Shown here: positions 18,583-28,848 of the stretch, piece after piece
Layout of the letters: each line of letters starts with the position of its first letter
Position numbering within the stretch: the stretch's first letter is position 1
NCBI GenBank assembly: GCA_030697665.1
Contig: JAUYPJ010000037.1
Coordinates: 28,089-92,088, forward strand
Source: Candidatus Omnitrophota bacterium
GTDB lineage: Bacteria; Omnitrophota; Gorgyraeia; Aquiviventales; Aquiviventaceae
Direction: 5' to 3'
Length of the DNA: 64,000 bases
Notes under the pieces: model-generated
What the model was told of the DNA's origin: nothing
The model's input: the letters and a program-made list of their open reading frames with translations, nothing else
Databases searched by the model: none
Made by a program: the position numbers and the translations under genes

Positions 18583-18609
18583 CCCATCACCCCGTTGCCA
18601 GGGGATCAT
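18579..18609 (-). mobile_element. Miniature relay cassette (27-nt period, in frame with waaL)
   Basis: ATGA TCCCCTGGCAACGGGTGATGGG ATGA; same ATGA and ATCCC/GGGAT termini as the full copies. Confidence 0.55.
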
Positions 18610-20450
18610 AGTGCGTCAGTCACGCCTGCGGTCACCACCTTCCAGGTGACCCCTCTTGGCTCGCAGCATCGTTGGATATGCTGCAGCAGATCGCCGGGCG
18701 GATCGGTAATCGCGATCAGGACCTCTCGAACATGGTGCTCCTCAATGACCTTCTGTAGCTGAGCCCGCGTTCCAAACACCGGAGAGCCGTAGATCCGCTC
18801 GCCGAGCTTCCTGAGATCATCATCGAGGAACCCGACCACCCGATACGCGCCTTTGGTCTCGTATTTGAGCGAGCGTAACACACGCGCCCCCGTATCACCG
18901 GCTCCAATGATCAGCGCGGGAACGCCCTGCGTAGCCGCTCCACGGATCCACTCATCCATCAATCGCTCCAGCACACGGGAGCCGACAACCCCAAGGAAGG
19001 TGAGCATCCCGTCAATGACCAACACCGCCCTGGAATACCCCTCGAACCGCCACAGATACAGCAATCCGAGCGCAGAGAGGATTGAGCTGAGCGTGACTGC
19101 TTTCAGAATGGCCGTGACGTCGGAGAGGCTCAGGTAGCGCCAGACCCCTCGGTAGAGGCCGCCTCCTGCAAAACACGCGAGCTTGATCAGCAGGATGAGC
19201 GGCAGGGACTGGACGATGCGCTGCTGGTATTCGCCCGTCAGCGTCCCCTCAAACCGCAAGAGGTGCGCGAAGACTTAGGCGCTGCTGACAACGGAGCAAT
19301 CAACGACGATTTCAAGCAAGCGGCGTTTGTGCAGGAGCATGGTGCCGATCGGTGTCGTCGGAACAGGAAGATGTGATGGCGGCATGCCGCTGTCAGCTTG
19401 TCCCATGCGGTACACCTTCACCTGGGCAAGGTAGAGGCCGCACAGCATCAGGGCGGTCAGCACGGATGACCAGAGCGCGAGGGAGGGGAGCGGCTTGAGG
19501 GTCGTGAAGGCCAGGCTCAACAACCCGAGGCAGATGCTCGCTCCATAGAGCGCCACGACCGTCTGCCGGACGCTCAACCCGAGCACCGCCAGGCGATGCG
19601 AAATGTGATCCGTCCCTCCCGTGAAGGGATGTTGCCGATGGAGCAGACGCTGCACGGTCACAAAACAGGTGTCAAAGATCGGCACCGCCAAGACCAGCGT
19701 GGGCACCGCTAAGATACTGACGAGCTGGGTCGAATGGCGCAAGCTCCCCGTGATGGCCAGGGCGGCCAAGCTCAGCCCAAGGAAATGGCTGCCAGAGTCT
19801 CCCATGAAGATCTTCGCGGGAGGAAAATTGTAGCGCAAGAAGCCCAGACACACGCCGCTCACGATGCCCGCCAACGCCGCCACGACCCACTGGCCGCTCA
19901 GGGCGGCGTGGAGCACGTAGAACCCCGCGGCAATCGCCCCCACACCGGCCGCCAGACCGTCCATGTTGTCCAGGAGGTTGAAGGCGTTCATCACAAAGAC
20001 AAACCATAAGACGGACAGCGGAATGGAGATCCACGCCCAGTGGACGGGCACCAGCCGGATGCCGCTGAGGACGATCCCGCAGCCAATGAGCAGCTGGGCC
20101 ATCAGCTTGGTATACGGAGGAATTCGACGGAAGTCATCGACGAGCCCGAGGACAAAGACGAGGCTCACCCCCCCGAGCAGCGCCACGACCGACGGTTCCC
20201 AGGACACCCACAAGGCGGTCGTCGCGACAAACCCGATAAACATCGCGACCCCGCCCAGCCGGGCGACGACGCGCCTGCCCCAACGTGATTCCACCGGCTT
20301 GACGATCCACCCAAACCGGACGGCGGTCAACCGCACCAGGGGGGTGAGCAGCAGCGTGATGAGCAACGCCGTCAGGCCGGCCGCTCCCACGCGAGTCAGC
20401 TCCTTCGCGGTCTGCGAAAGGATCGGGCCGTCAGCGGGAAGCCAACTCAT
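18606..20450 (-). pseudogene. WecA/MraY-like UndP sugar-1-phosphate transferase fused to a CapD-type N-terminal/CoA-binding domain, interrupted by one in-frame TAA at 19275-19277
   Basis: NAFNLLDNMDGL, NFPPAKIFMGDSG, DHISHRL; reads ...VVSSA*VFAHLLRFEG... in one frame, then LYRGVWRY, IIGAGDTG, GFLDDD. Confidence 0.75.
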
Positions 20451-20602
20451 CCCACGCCCTGCGCCTCACGGCGGCTCGTCACGGTTCCTACGTAGGCCGC
20501 CCTGACGAAGACCACACGACCCTCACAGGGCACTGCCATCTCACTCCTCACGTCTTCGGGCCCCCGCCGGAGGCGGGGGGCCGGCGCAGGGCGTGGGATC
20601 AT
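20447..20602 (-). mobile_element. Relay cassette copy 2; 51-aa mini-ORF MIPRPAPAPRLRRGPEDVRSEMAVPCEGRVVFVRAAYVGTVTSRREAQGVG
   Basis: IR ATCCCACGCCCTGCGCC / GGCGCAGGGCGTGGGAT; ATGA at both ends. Confidence 0.75.
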
Positions 20603-21603
20603 CAGGATGGGCGGCCTTTGGCAGGACTGGAACACTCGGGAAGGCTCTGGCGCATGCTGTCCACCACGCTCTGGATAATCTCCTCCAAATGCATGGTGGG
20701 TTGGAAGCCGATCAGGTCGCGAACCTTGGTGGTATCCGGCACCCGCCGCGGCATGTCCTCAAACCCCTCTTCGTAGGCTTCTTCATAGGGGACGTAGACG
20801 ATGCGCGAGGAGCTCTTGGTCAGGCGGACGACGAGGTTGGCCAGCGCTTCAATGGTCACCTCTTCCTGGCTGCCCAGGTTGAAGACGTCCCCCACCGCCC
20901 GGGGATGCTCCATCAGCTTCACCAGTGCGTTCACCACATCTGTCACATGCAGGAAGCAACGGGATTGCTCCCCGCTCCCATGCACCACGAGCGGCTCCCC
21001 TTTCAGCGCCTGGCTGACGAACCGCGGGATCACCATCCCGTACGTGCCGGACTGGCGGGGTCCGACCGTGTTGAAGAGGCGGACGATGACCGTGGGGACC
21101 CCTTTCTCTCTCCAGTACACGTACGCGAGGATCTCATCCACCGCCTTCGAGGTGGAGTAGCTCCACCGGCTCTTCAGCGGCGAGCCGAGAATACGGTCGG
21201 TGTCTTCCCGAAGCGGACCGTTCGTGTTCTTGCCGTAGATCTCCGAGGTGGACGCGATCAGGACTTTTTTCCGATACCGATGCGCCATCTCCAACACAAT
21301 CTCACTCCCTCGGATGTTCGTCATCAGCGACTCAAGTGGGTGCTTGATGATCAGCTCCACCCCGACGGCGGCAGCCAGATGGAACACCACGTCGCACCGC
21401 TCGATCAACTTGTCCACCAGGGTGTCGTTCAGGATCGTCCCCACGACGAGCCGCAGATTGGGATGTCCATCGAGATGCGCGATATTTTCATATCGCCCGG
21501 TGGAGAGGTTGTCCAGCAGGGTGACGTGGTAACGCGCACGGAGGAGCCGATCCGCCAGATGTGATCCGATGAACCCCGCCCCTCCGGTGACGAGGGCCTT
21601 CAT
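20602..21603 (-). CDS. NAD-dependent nucleotide-sugar epimerase/dehydratase
   Basis: VTGGAGFIGSHL, STSEIYG, YSTSK, RLFNTVGPRQ. Confidence 0.92.
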   Translation of the reverse strand: MKALVTGGAGFIGSHLADRLLRARYHVTLLDNLSTGRYENIAHLDGHPNLRLVVGTILNDTLVDKLIERCDVVFHLAAAVGVELIIKHPLESLMTNIRGSEIVLEMAHRYRKKVLIASTSEIYGKNTNGPLREDTDRILGSPLKSRWSYSTSKAVDEILAYVYWREKGVPTVIVRLFNTVGPRQSGTYGMVIPRFVSQALKGEPLVVHGSGEQSRCFLHVTDVVNALVKLMEHPRAVGDVFNLGSQEEVTIEALANLVVRLTKSSSRIVYVPYEEAYEEGFEDMPRRVPDTTKVRDLIGFQPTMHLEEIIQSVVDSMRQSLPECSSPAKGRPS

Positions 21604-21751
21604 CTCAACAGCCTCCTGCGGTCTACGGCAAGATGGACTCGGTGGGGCGGGGTGAACCCTGCGCCGCCCGTCACGAACGCCCGCCTTCTCTTCGCTGCCC
21701 CTCGCTCACAGACCCCTGCTCGGACCTGAAGGACACCGCATGGGAAGAACC

Positions 21752-22894
21752 TCAGCGCGCTGCGAACCCACCGATGGGCTCGCGATCCTTGAACAGGTCG
21801 CGACGACACGCGGCATCGATCCCTCCCTGGACCGCGGCCTTCGCGTACCAGGCCTGCGCTCGATCGGAATGGCCCAGGTCTTCTTCACAGCGCCCCAGGT
21901 AGTACCACGCCATCGGCGCCCACCGGGAGTTCGCGTCTTGTGCCAGAAGGGTTTCGAACGTCCGCTGCGCACTCGCCGCATCACCCTCCAGTTCCCACTG
22001 GAGCACCCCCAGCCAAAAGAGCGCCTCAGATCTCAGGGAAGGCTCCGCGGCTTCCTGTGCGCACCGCTGGTAGGTGTGCCGGGCCAGCAGCACACGGCCA
22101 GCCAGGTGCCAGTGACGTGCCAGTTGCAAGGCCTCCGCAGACGCGGAAGGTGGGTGCAACCCCAGCGATGCGAAGTAGCGGTCCTGATACCAGTCCAGAA
22201 ATCGCTGACCGGCCCATCGCCGGTACAGCACCACGGCTCGGTCGAAGAAGGTCAGGCGCTGGATCGCGGGACTTGACCGTCGCGGCGGCACACCCGCCGT
22301 GAGCACGCGGCCGTAGACCTGGCGGATCTGGATGGCTTCGTCGGGGAGTCGGCGATCCAGCACCGCCACCATGGGCTGCGCGTCGAGGAGGCTCGGGGTC
22401 TTGCAGAGGGCCTCGAAGGACAACGGCTGGCCCTGGGCATCCGTGAAGCGAATACCAAACAGGACGTCAACAGCCCCCCACCGTCCCAGATGGTGCACTT
22501 CAGCAATCGTATGGGGGGAGACGCCGTTGGCGTCTCGCAGCATCGCATAGCGTGCCGGGATGTCGCACGCCGCCAGCAGCCGCATGTAGGTCTTCGACTG
22601 GTAATCACACCAACCAATGCCTCTCACAAGGTAGTCGATCGGCTTCCCCTCATATGGCGCGACATCAGCCGCTGGCCACATGTGCATTTGCACATAGTCC
22701 AGCAGACGCTCCAGGCGCTCGTCTATGGAGTGAGCGTCTGCGGTGACCCGCCTCGCAATCTGATCATACAGGAGCGTATGATACGTGTGGGTCCGCCACG
22801 GGGTTGCGCCAGGACACCATAGGATCCACACGGGCGCAAGCAGCAGGGTGAGCAGACCTCCAAGCGCCACGAGCCACAACGTCCGATGGTTCAT
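21752..22894 (-). CDS. Membrane-anchored transglutaminase-like protein with C-terminal TPRs
   Basis: N-terminal TM; GIGWCDYQS..HTIAEV..WGAVD (C-H-D); TPR helices (AWYYLGRCEE). Confidence 0.65.
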   Translation of the reverse strand: MNHRTLWLVALGGLLTLLLAPVWILWCPGATPWRTHTYHTLLYDQIARRVTADAHSIDERLERLLDYVQMHMWPAADVAPYEGKPIDYLVRGIGWCDYQSKTYMRLLAACDIPARYAMLRDANGVSPHTIAEVHHLGRWGAVDVLFGIRFTDAQGQPLSFEALCKTPSLLDAQPMVAVLDRRLPDEAIQIRQVYGRVLTAGVPPRRSSPAIQRLTFFDRAVVLYRRWAGQRFLDWYQDRYFASLGLHPPSASAEALQLARHWHLAGRVLLARHTYQRCAQEAAEPSLRSEALFWLGVLQWELEGDAASAQRTFETLLAQDANSRWAPMAWYYLGRCEEDLGHSDRAQAWYAKAAVQGGIDAACRRDLFKDREPIGGFAAR

Positions 22895-24120
22895 CGGCGG
22901 ACGCTGCGCTGCAGCAGCTCCTCATAGAGCGCCGTCATATCCCGCACGAGGCGCTCTTGGGTAAACCGCTCCACCACATAGGCTCTCGCGGCCTCGCCCA
23001 TCCGCCGGCGAAGCTGCGCGTCCCCGGCCAGTGTCGCCATCGCCTTGGCAAGGCCCTCCGCGTCTCCCGGTTGGACGAGGATCCCCCGCTCGGTCACGTG
23101 AAAGGTGCCCGGCGAGAGGGCCGCTGGGCCGCGGGCCGTTTCGCCTAACACGTCACGCACACCGCCCACATCGGTCGCCAAAACGGCCCGTCCGGCCGCC
23201 ATGGCCTCGATCAGGGCGGCGGGTGTCCCTTCGTTCCACGAGGTGAGGCACACGGCGTCAAGCCCCTCGTAGCATGCGCGCAGATCCCTGCGCCAGCCGG
23301 TGAACTCCACATACCCATCAAACCCCATCGCCTGCGCCTCGGCTTCCAGCTGCCGGCGCAACGGTCCGTCCCCGACCACGAGCCCCCGCACACCGGCCTG
23401 CGGGAGCAGCTCTCGAACCCGTTGCAGCGCCGCCAGGAACAGCCCAGGATTCTTGATCGGGACCAGCCTCCCCACCAACCCAATTCGAAACATCGGGGGC
23501 CTCTCGGGCGGCGGCGGCAGGCTCGCCAGGTCTGAGAGGTCCAGCCCGAGAGGAATCACCCGCCACTGGTCGGGTGTCCCGATCTTTCGCTCGAGCAACG
23601 CCGCGCGAATCCGTTCGCTCACGGCGATGAGGCAATCACTTCGTCTGGCCAGCCAGCGCTCTATTATAACGAAGAGACGGGACACCAGCACGGGAAAATA
23701 CCCGGAGAGCACATGGCCGTGGAACGTGTGGATGATGACCGCCCGCTGTCCTGGTCCACGCCCCGGCCCCCATCGGTTGTACGCAATCCCGGCGAGGCGC
23801 CCCAGCGCACCGGCCTTCGCCATGTGGGTATGGAGGATGCGAGGCCGTTCCCTCCACGCAATCCGGACGAGCCGCGCGAGCGTCACGAGATCACGCCAGG
23901 GATGCAACGGCCGCATGAAGGAGTTGAGCCGGATGACCTTCACGCGCTCGCGCTGCAGGAGGTCGCTCAAGTCGCCCTCGTTGGGATCCGGCCGCCCCGT
24001 GACCAGGCGCGTGGAAAATCGCTCCGAGTCCAGCCCGTTCGACAAGAGGGCCGCGTGGATGGCGGGCCCGCCGATGTTCATCCGGGTTATCACGCGCAGC
24101 ACGTTCGTCGGCGCGGCCAT
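22891..24120 (-). CDS. GT4 glycosyltransferase
   Basis: ITRMNIGGPA, HTHMAKAG, GRLVPIKN, EGTPAALIEAMAAG. Confidence 0.92.
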   Translation of the reverse strand: MAAPTNVLRVITRMNIGGPAIHAALLSNGLDSERFSTRLVTGRPDPNEGDLSDLLQRERVKVIRLNSFMRPLHPWRDLVTLARLVRIAWRERPRILHTHMAKAGALGRLAGIAYNRWGPGRGPGQRAVIIHTFHGHVLSGYFPVLVSRLFVIIERWLARRSDCLIAVSERIRAALLERKIGTPDQWRVIPLGLDLSDLASLPPPPERPPMFRIGLVGRLVPIKNPGLFLAALQRVRELLPQAGVRGLVVGDGPLRRQLEAEAQAMGFDGYVEFTGWRRDLRACYEGLDAVCLTSWNEGTPAALIEAMAAGRAVLATDVGGVRDVLGETARGPAALSPGTFHVTERGILVQPGDAEGLAKAMATLAGDAQLRRRMGEAARAYVVERFTQERLVRDMTALYEELLQRSVRR

Positions 24121-25289
24121 CACGCGGACCGCGGGTCGCGCAGCAGACGCCACCACCCTCGCACACACCATCCCCAAGTCGCCAATCCGACGGCCCCGAC
24201 CGCCACGACCCCTGCCAGATCGAAGCGGCTCAGGCGTCCCAGATCTTCTGTGATTGACGCCACGCCGTACTTTCCGTTCAATGTCCATTGCCAGTACGAG
24301 CCCGCGAGAAACGTCCCTGCCAAGAAGCTGTACCACATGGCCTGACGACGGTTGACCACCAACCAAAACGGCACGGCCCACACCAGCCACTGCATCCCGA
24401 AGCCAGGGCTCACCACGTACAGCCCCACGAGAAACAGCAGCGTCGCCTTCCAGAGATCAAGGGACGCGCCCTGGCGTACGGACCAGACCCAATATCCCAG
24501 CGTCCAGATCACGTACGGCGCGATCGCGTAGGCGTCCAGCCACTGGGTCAGGGCCGCAGGAACGGTCTTCAAGGTGTCCAGCCCCAGCAGCCCGAGGAGC
24601 CGCGCCCCCTGCAGCAGCAGGAGCGTGTAGCCCCACTTCCCATAGAGCAAGGTGGGGGCCAGCAACCGGTCCAGGTGCGCGCTGGCCAGCAGCCGCACGT
24701 TCAGCGCAACACCGACCGCCGCACAACTGGCCAAGGCGATCGGCCATCTCGATCCCGCGCCCCTCAACAGGGGCACCAGGAGCCCGGCGAAGTGCTGACG
24801 GATGCTGGCGGCGAGCGCCAGGGCAGCGCCGCTCAGCCCGGGCCGGCCGCGCTCCGCCACGCAGACCGAGAGGACGAGGATGGCCACCGCGACGGTATGG
24901 AGCTGCCCGTGGTAGACCGCCAGCAAGAACGTGACAGGGTTGACGAGGTACCACCACGCGGCGCGCTCGCCCCCCCTGGGGCTGGCCCGCAGCAGGAAGG
25001 CGATGCAGAGATCCGCGAGGATGGCGGGGACCTTGACGGCGAAGGCGAACGGCACGTGCAGGGCCTGCGACACCACAAGACAGGCGGTGGCCAGAAGGTA
25101 ATTGCCCATCGGAAAGAACGAGGGGTGCCCTCCCGTGGCCTGCGCATCCAAGATGTCTCGCCCGGCCACAAAGCCCCGGCCCTGTTCGAAGATGTTGGTG
25201 ATGTCTGCGGTTTCGCCCCACACAGCGGCCAGCGCCAGCTTGACGAGCGTGATCCCCACGAAGACACCGACGACCGACGAGGGCTTCAT
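24120..25289 (-). CDS. Integral membrane GT-C-like glycosyltransferase (GT87/PIG-M-like)
   Basis: Multi-TM; [27 protein letters not shown]. Confidence 0.6.
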   Translation of the reverse strand: MKPSSVVGVFVGITLVKLALAAVWGETADITNIFEQGRGFVAGRDILDAQATGGHPSFFPMGNYLLATACLVVSQALHVPFAFAVKVPAILADLCIAFLLRASPRGGERAAWWYLVNPVTFLLAVYHGQLHTVAVAILVLSVCVAERGRPGLSGAALALAASIRQHFAGLLVPLLRGAGSRWPIALASCAAVGVALNVRLLASAHLDRLLAPTLLYGKWGYTLLLLQGARLLGLLGLDTLKTVPAALTQWLDAYAIAPYVIWTLGYWVWSVRQGASLDLWKATLLFLVGLYVVSPGFGMQWLVWAVPFWLVVNRRQAMWYSFLAGTFLAGSYWQWTLNGKYGVASITEDLGRLSRFDLAGVVAVGAVGLATWGWCVRGWWRLLRDPRSA

Positions 25290-26056
25290 CGCGAAATGTC
25301 TGTGGGAGCGGCCTGCAATCGGCACCTGAGCAGTCGAGCGATGATCTTCACGCCGTCCCACCACCTGATCTTCTTTCCTTCCCGTACGTTCCTGGGATGG
25401 TACGAGATGGGAACCTCCGTGATCCGGAATCGCCTCAGGAGCAGGTGGGCCGTCATCTCCGCCTCGATGTCAAAACCTGAAGCCATCAGCGGGAGCTGGC
25501 GCACGACCTCGGCGCGGAAGACCCGATGCGCCGTGTCGACATCCGTGAGCCGCGATCCGTAGAGGAGGTTGGTGACGCCGATGATGATGTTGTTCGCCAC
25601 GATCGTGCCGAGGCGCACTGACGAGGACGGCTGGAGGAAGCGCGACCCATAGACGACGTCGCTCTCCCCGCGGAGGATCGGCTCCAACAACTGTGGGTAC
25701 TCTTCCGGCAGATACTCAAGGTCGGCATCCTGAATCAGGATGAGGTCTCCGGTGGCGCGGGCAAGCCCCGCCCGCACCGCCGCCCCTTTGCCCTGACGCA
25801 CCGGGAAGGTCTGCACCGTGATGATCTGTTGGGCCTCCAGCGCCTTCAGGATCGTGCCCGTCCCATCCCCCGATCCGTCGTCCGCGACGATGATCTCCCG
25901 CTCCATCGCCAGCGGGACGGTGAGGACGCGACGGATGACCTCTTCGATCGTTGAGCGCTCATTGTAGACCGGGATGATGATGCTCAGCTTCGCAAGACGC
26001 CGCACGCTCACCAGTGCGCCGCTCAGAGCCATCGACGTGTGGGCCTGGCGCGTCAT
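25286..26056 (-). CDS. GT2 polyprenol-phosphate glycosyltransferase (DPM1-like)
   Basis: [43 protein letters not shown]. Confidence 0.9.
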   Translation of the reverse strand: MTRQAHTSMALSGALVSVRRLAKLSIIIPVYNERSTIEEVIRRVLTVPLAMEREIIVADDGSGDGTGTILKALEAQQIITVQTFPVRQGKGAAVRAGLARATGDLILIQDADLEYLPEEYPQLLEPILRGESDVVYGSRFLQPSSSVRLGTIVANNIIIGVTNLLYGSRLTDVDTAHRVFRAEVVRQLPLMASGFDIEAEMTAHLLLRRFRITEVPISYHPRNVREGKKIRWWDGVKIIARLLRCRLQAAPTDISR

Positions 26057-26766
26057 CGCTGGGTCACCCAGATGAACTGGTAGGCGAACATCGTCTTCCA
26101 CACCACGCTCAGCCCGTGATAGAGCGATTCGGTCCCAGCAAGGAGCCACCGCGGCAGCCGGCCCTCCAGGACCGAGGTGAACGGCAACGGCGTCACCAGG
26201 GTGCGCTGGATCCGAAGGCCGGCTTCCTCGAGCAACCGCCGCCCGCTGGCGTGCGTGAAGAAGCGCAGATGAGCGTCATCCAGCAGCCCCTTGGTGGCGT
26301 AGTCGAACCGGCCGCAGGCCACCATGAGACGGACTGTCCAGTTGACGGCGTTGGGCAACGAGACGATCACCTGACCTCCTGGGCGAACCAGTTGCGTCAG
26401 GCGCCGGAGCGATGTGAGAGGGTGGCGGAGGTGCTCGAGCACATCCGCACAGATCAGCACGTCAAAGACCTCCCCGTCTTCCCACGGCCACGGCCCCTGC
26501 TGTTCCACGTCAGCCACGTAACAGCGCCGATAGGATGGCTGCGCCTCCCGCGCCAGCTCGGGATCCTGCTCAACGCCGGTGAGGTCTTCAAACCCGCGCC
26601 GGCGCAGCTCCCGTCCGAGGTAGCCGCTCGCGGTCCCGATCTCCAAGATTCTGGACGACCGGGGCCACGCCCACGCCAGGCTCAGGATTCGCCCGTGGCT
26701 ACTGAGCGGTCCCGGCTTGAGCTGGTAGCGGGCGTCCGCTGTCTGTGACGTCAAAGAGTGGCTCAC
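26053..26766 (-). CDS. Class I SAM-dependent methyltransferase
   Basis: [32 protein letters not shown]. Confidence 0.88.
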   Translation of the reverse strand: MSHSLTSQTADARYQLKPGPLSSHGRILSLAWAWPRSSRILEIGTASGYLGRELRRRGFEDLTGVEQDPELAREAQPSYRRCYVADVEQQGPWPWEDGEVFDVLICADVLEHLRHPLTSLRRLTQLVRPGGQVIVSLPNAVNWTVRLMVACGRFDYATKGLLDDAHLRFFTHASGRRLLEEAGLRIQRTLVTPLPFTSVLEGRLPRWLLAGTESLYHGLSVVWKTMFAYQFIWVTQR

Positions 26767-27562
26767 GGATCCACCCCCATCGGTGCAGGCGATACCGGAG
26801 GACCGATTCCGCACAGTGAACGGCGTACGCGAGTCCGTTGACGTAGCAGATCTCGCTCCCGTAATAGGTCGGGATGGGCCGCTCGACGATGCGGAAGCGC
26901 CTCGCGAGGAATTGGATGATGATCTGCGTGTCGAAATGCCACTCGTCGGTGCACCGCTCAAACGGGACCTGGGCCAGGGCGCGGCAGCTATACGCCCGAT
27001 AGCCTGAATGGAACTCGAAGAAGCGCGTGCCGAGCACCCAGTTTTCAACCATGGAGAGGACCTTGTTGCCGACAAACTTATAGGACGGCATCCCCCCCTT
27101 CAACGGATTCCCGCCCGGCATCATGCGAGAGCCCATGACCATTTCCGCTTCATCCCGTTCGAGCGGATCCAGCAACCCCTGCATCACCTCGGGAGCGTAC
27201 TGGCCGTCCCCGTGGAGGAGCACCACGACATCGAACCCGCGCTCCAAGGCGTAGCGATACCCTTGCTTCTGGTTGCCGCCGTAGCGGCGGTTGCGCTCGT
27301 TGCGGAAGATGCGGAGTTTCCCAAGGCCCCGCCGCCGCTTGTACTCGAGAGCCGCCTCGTAGGTCCGGTCGGTGGAATGATCGTCGAACACGAAGATCTC
27401 CTCGATCTTGTCCATCACGCCCGCAGGAAACCGGTCCAGCGTCGCCCCCAGCGTCTGGATCGCGTTGTAGGCCACGACCAACACCCCGATCCGCATTGGC
27501 CGCACCGGCTGAGCCGGCGCCTGGCGGTCCTCGACAGATGCCACCGGTTCAACGCGGCCCAT
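26699..27562 (-). CDS. GT2 polyprenol-phosphate glycosyltransferase
   Basis: VVAYNA, DDHSTD, YGGNQK, LHGDGQY, EFHSGYRAY; start 27562 or 27496. Confidence 0.88.
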   Translation of the reverse strand: MGRVEPVASVEDRQAPAQPVRPMRIGVLVVAYNAIQTLGATLDRFPAGVMDKIEEIFVFDDHSTDRTYEAALEYKRRRGLGKLRIFRNERNRRYGGNQKQGYRYALERGFDVVVLLHGDGQYAPEVMQGLLDPLERDEAEMVMGSRMMPGGNPLKGGMPSYKFVGNKVLSMVENWVLGTRFFEFHSGYRAYSCRALAQVPFERCTDEWHFDTQIIIQFLARRFRIVERPIPTYYGSEICYVNGLAYAVHCAESVLRYRLHRWGWIREPLFDVTDSGRPLPAQAGTAQ

Positions 27563-27576
27563 CGCCTCCGCCCCCC

Positions 27577-28848
27577 TCACTGTGCCTGTCGCCACCGCAG
27601 CCACCACAGCCCGTGGCCCGCCGGGATCAGCAGGAACGGCTCGATCGCGAGCCGATGCCGCCCCTCGATGTAGAACACGCTTTGGAGGAGCGCAATCGAT
27701 GCGCACATCCCGAGGAGCAGGACCAGGGCCTGCCCGTCCATCCATCCCCGCACCGGATCGCGCCAGTGCGCCCAGATCGCAAGCGCGACACACACCATAA
27801 GGGCCAGAGACACCACCTGGTAGAGGCGCAGCCACCAGGAGGGGTACAGCAGCCCCGCCTGCGGCGAGAACCACCAGAAGTACCGCCACTTGAGGAACCA
27901 CCGCTGCAGGAAGGCGCCCGGATGCGCCCGGATGTGGTCCAGCGCCTCCTTCAGGAAGTAGTCCTGCTGTCCCAACTCATCGAGCGAGAGGATATGCTCC
28001 CGCACCGGGAGGGGTGCGGCGTTGATCAGGATGGCCTCGCCCTCAGGCGTTAAGGCCGAGCCGGTGAACCGGTACGGGTTATTCCCGATCCAGAGCACCA
28101 TGGGGCTGCCGCTTCTGGTGAGGAGGAACCGGCCGTGCACAACGTAGTTGCGCCATACCCACGGCATGATCACGGCAGCCGCGCACCCTGCCACGAGCGC
28201 CAGGGCCAGTCCACGGCGACGCCAGTTCCCCGGCACGCGCTTGCAGACCCACCATCCGATGATGGGGGCACAGGCCAGCACCGTCGGCCGCGTCAACATG
28301 CACAAGCCGATCAGGATCCCCAGCAGCGCAACGCGGCGCCACACGTGTGCCGATGCAATCCAGAGGCATCCAGCCAACACCGCCACTAACAACAAGGCAT
28401 CTAAGATGAAGGGATGGAATTTCGTCGTATAGAGGACCAGGCCTGGATGGATGGCAGCGAGCGACGCAGCTACCAGGGCCGCCCCCTCGGGGCTGATGCG
28501 CCGTGCGCACGCGAACACCAGCCACACGAGTGCTGTGCCCAGAATCACGTGGACCAGTCCCAGGCCCAGCGGATGGTGCCCGGTGATCGCATAGACCGCG
28601 GTGCACAGCGCCGGGTACAGCGGCTCCATGTACGAGCGGTAGTCCACGCCAAGGAAGTTGAAGACGAACCCTCTCCCCTGCAGCAGGTTCAGGGCAATCG
28701 TCTCGCTCTCCCACACATCCGGATGCCTGAGACGGTCCAAGGCGATCAGTGCCCCGAGCCGCACGACGAACGCCACCAAGCAAATACCGACAAGAAGGCG
28801 CCGATGATCCAGCGCGCGAGGGGACGACGCGTTGCCTCTCAGATCCAT
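27577..28848 (-). CDS. ArnT/PMT-like (GT-C) membrane glycosyltransferase
   Basis: Multi-TM; IALNLLQGRG, PLYP, LTRP, PWVWRNY, RHRLAIEP. Confidence 0.75.
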   Translation of the reverse strand: MDLRGNASSPRALDHRRLLVGICLVAFVVRLGALIALDRLRHPDVWESETIALNLLQGRGFVFNFLGVDYRSYMEPLYPALCTAVYAITGHHPLGLGLVHVILGTALVWLVFACARRISPEGAALVAASLAAIHPGLVLYTTKFHPFILDALLLVAVLAGCLWIASAHVWRRVALLGILIGLCMLTRPTVLACAPIIGWWVCKRVPGNWRRRGLALALVAGCAAAVIMPWVWRNYVVHGRFLLTRSGSPMVLWIGNNPYRFTGSALTPEGEAILINAAPLPVREHILSLDELGQQDYFLKEALDHIRAHPGAFLQRWFLKWRYFWWFSPQAGLLYPSWWLRLYQVVSLALMVCVALAIWAHWRDPVRGWMDGQALVLLLGMCASIALLQSVFYIEGRHRLAIEPFLLIPAGHGLWWLRWRQAQ

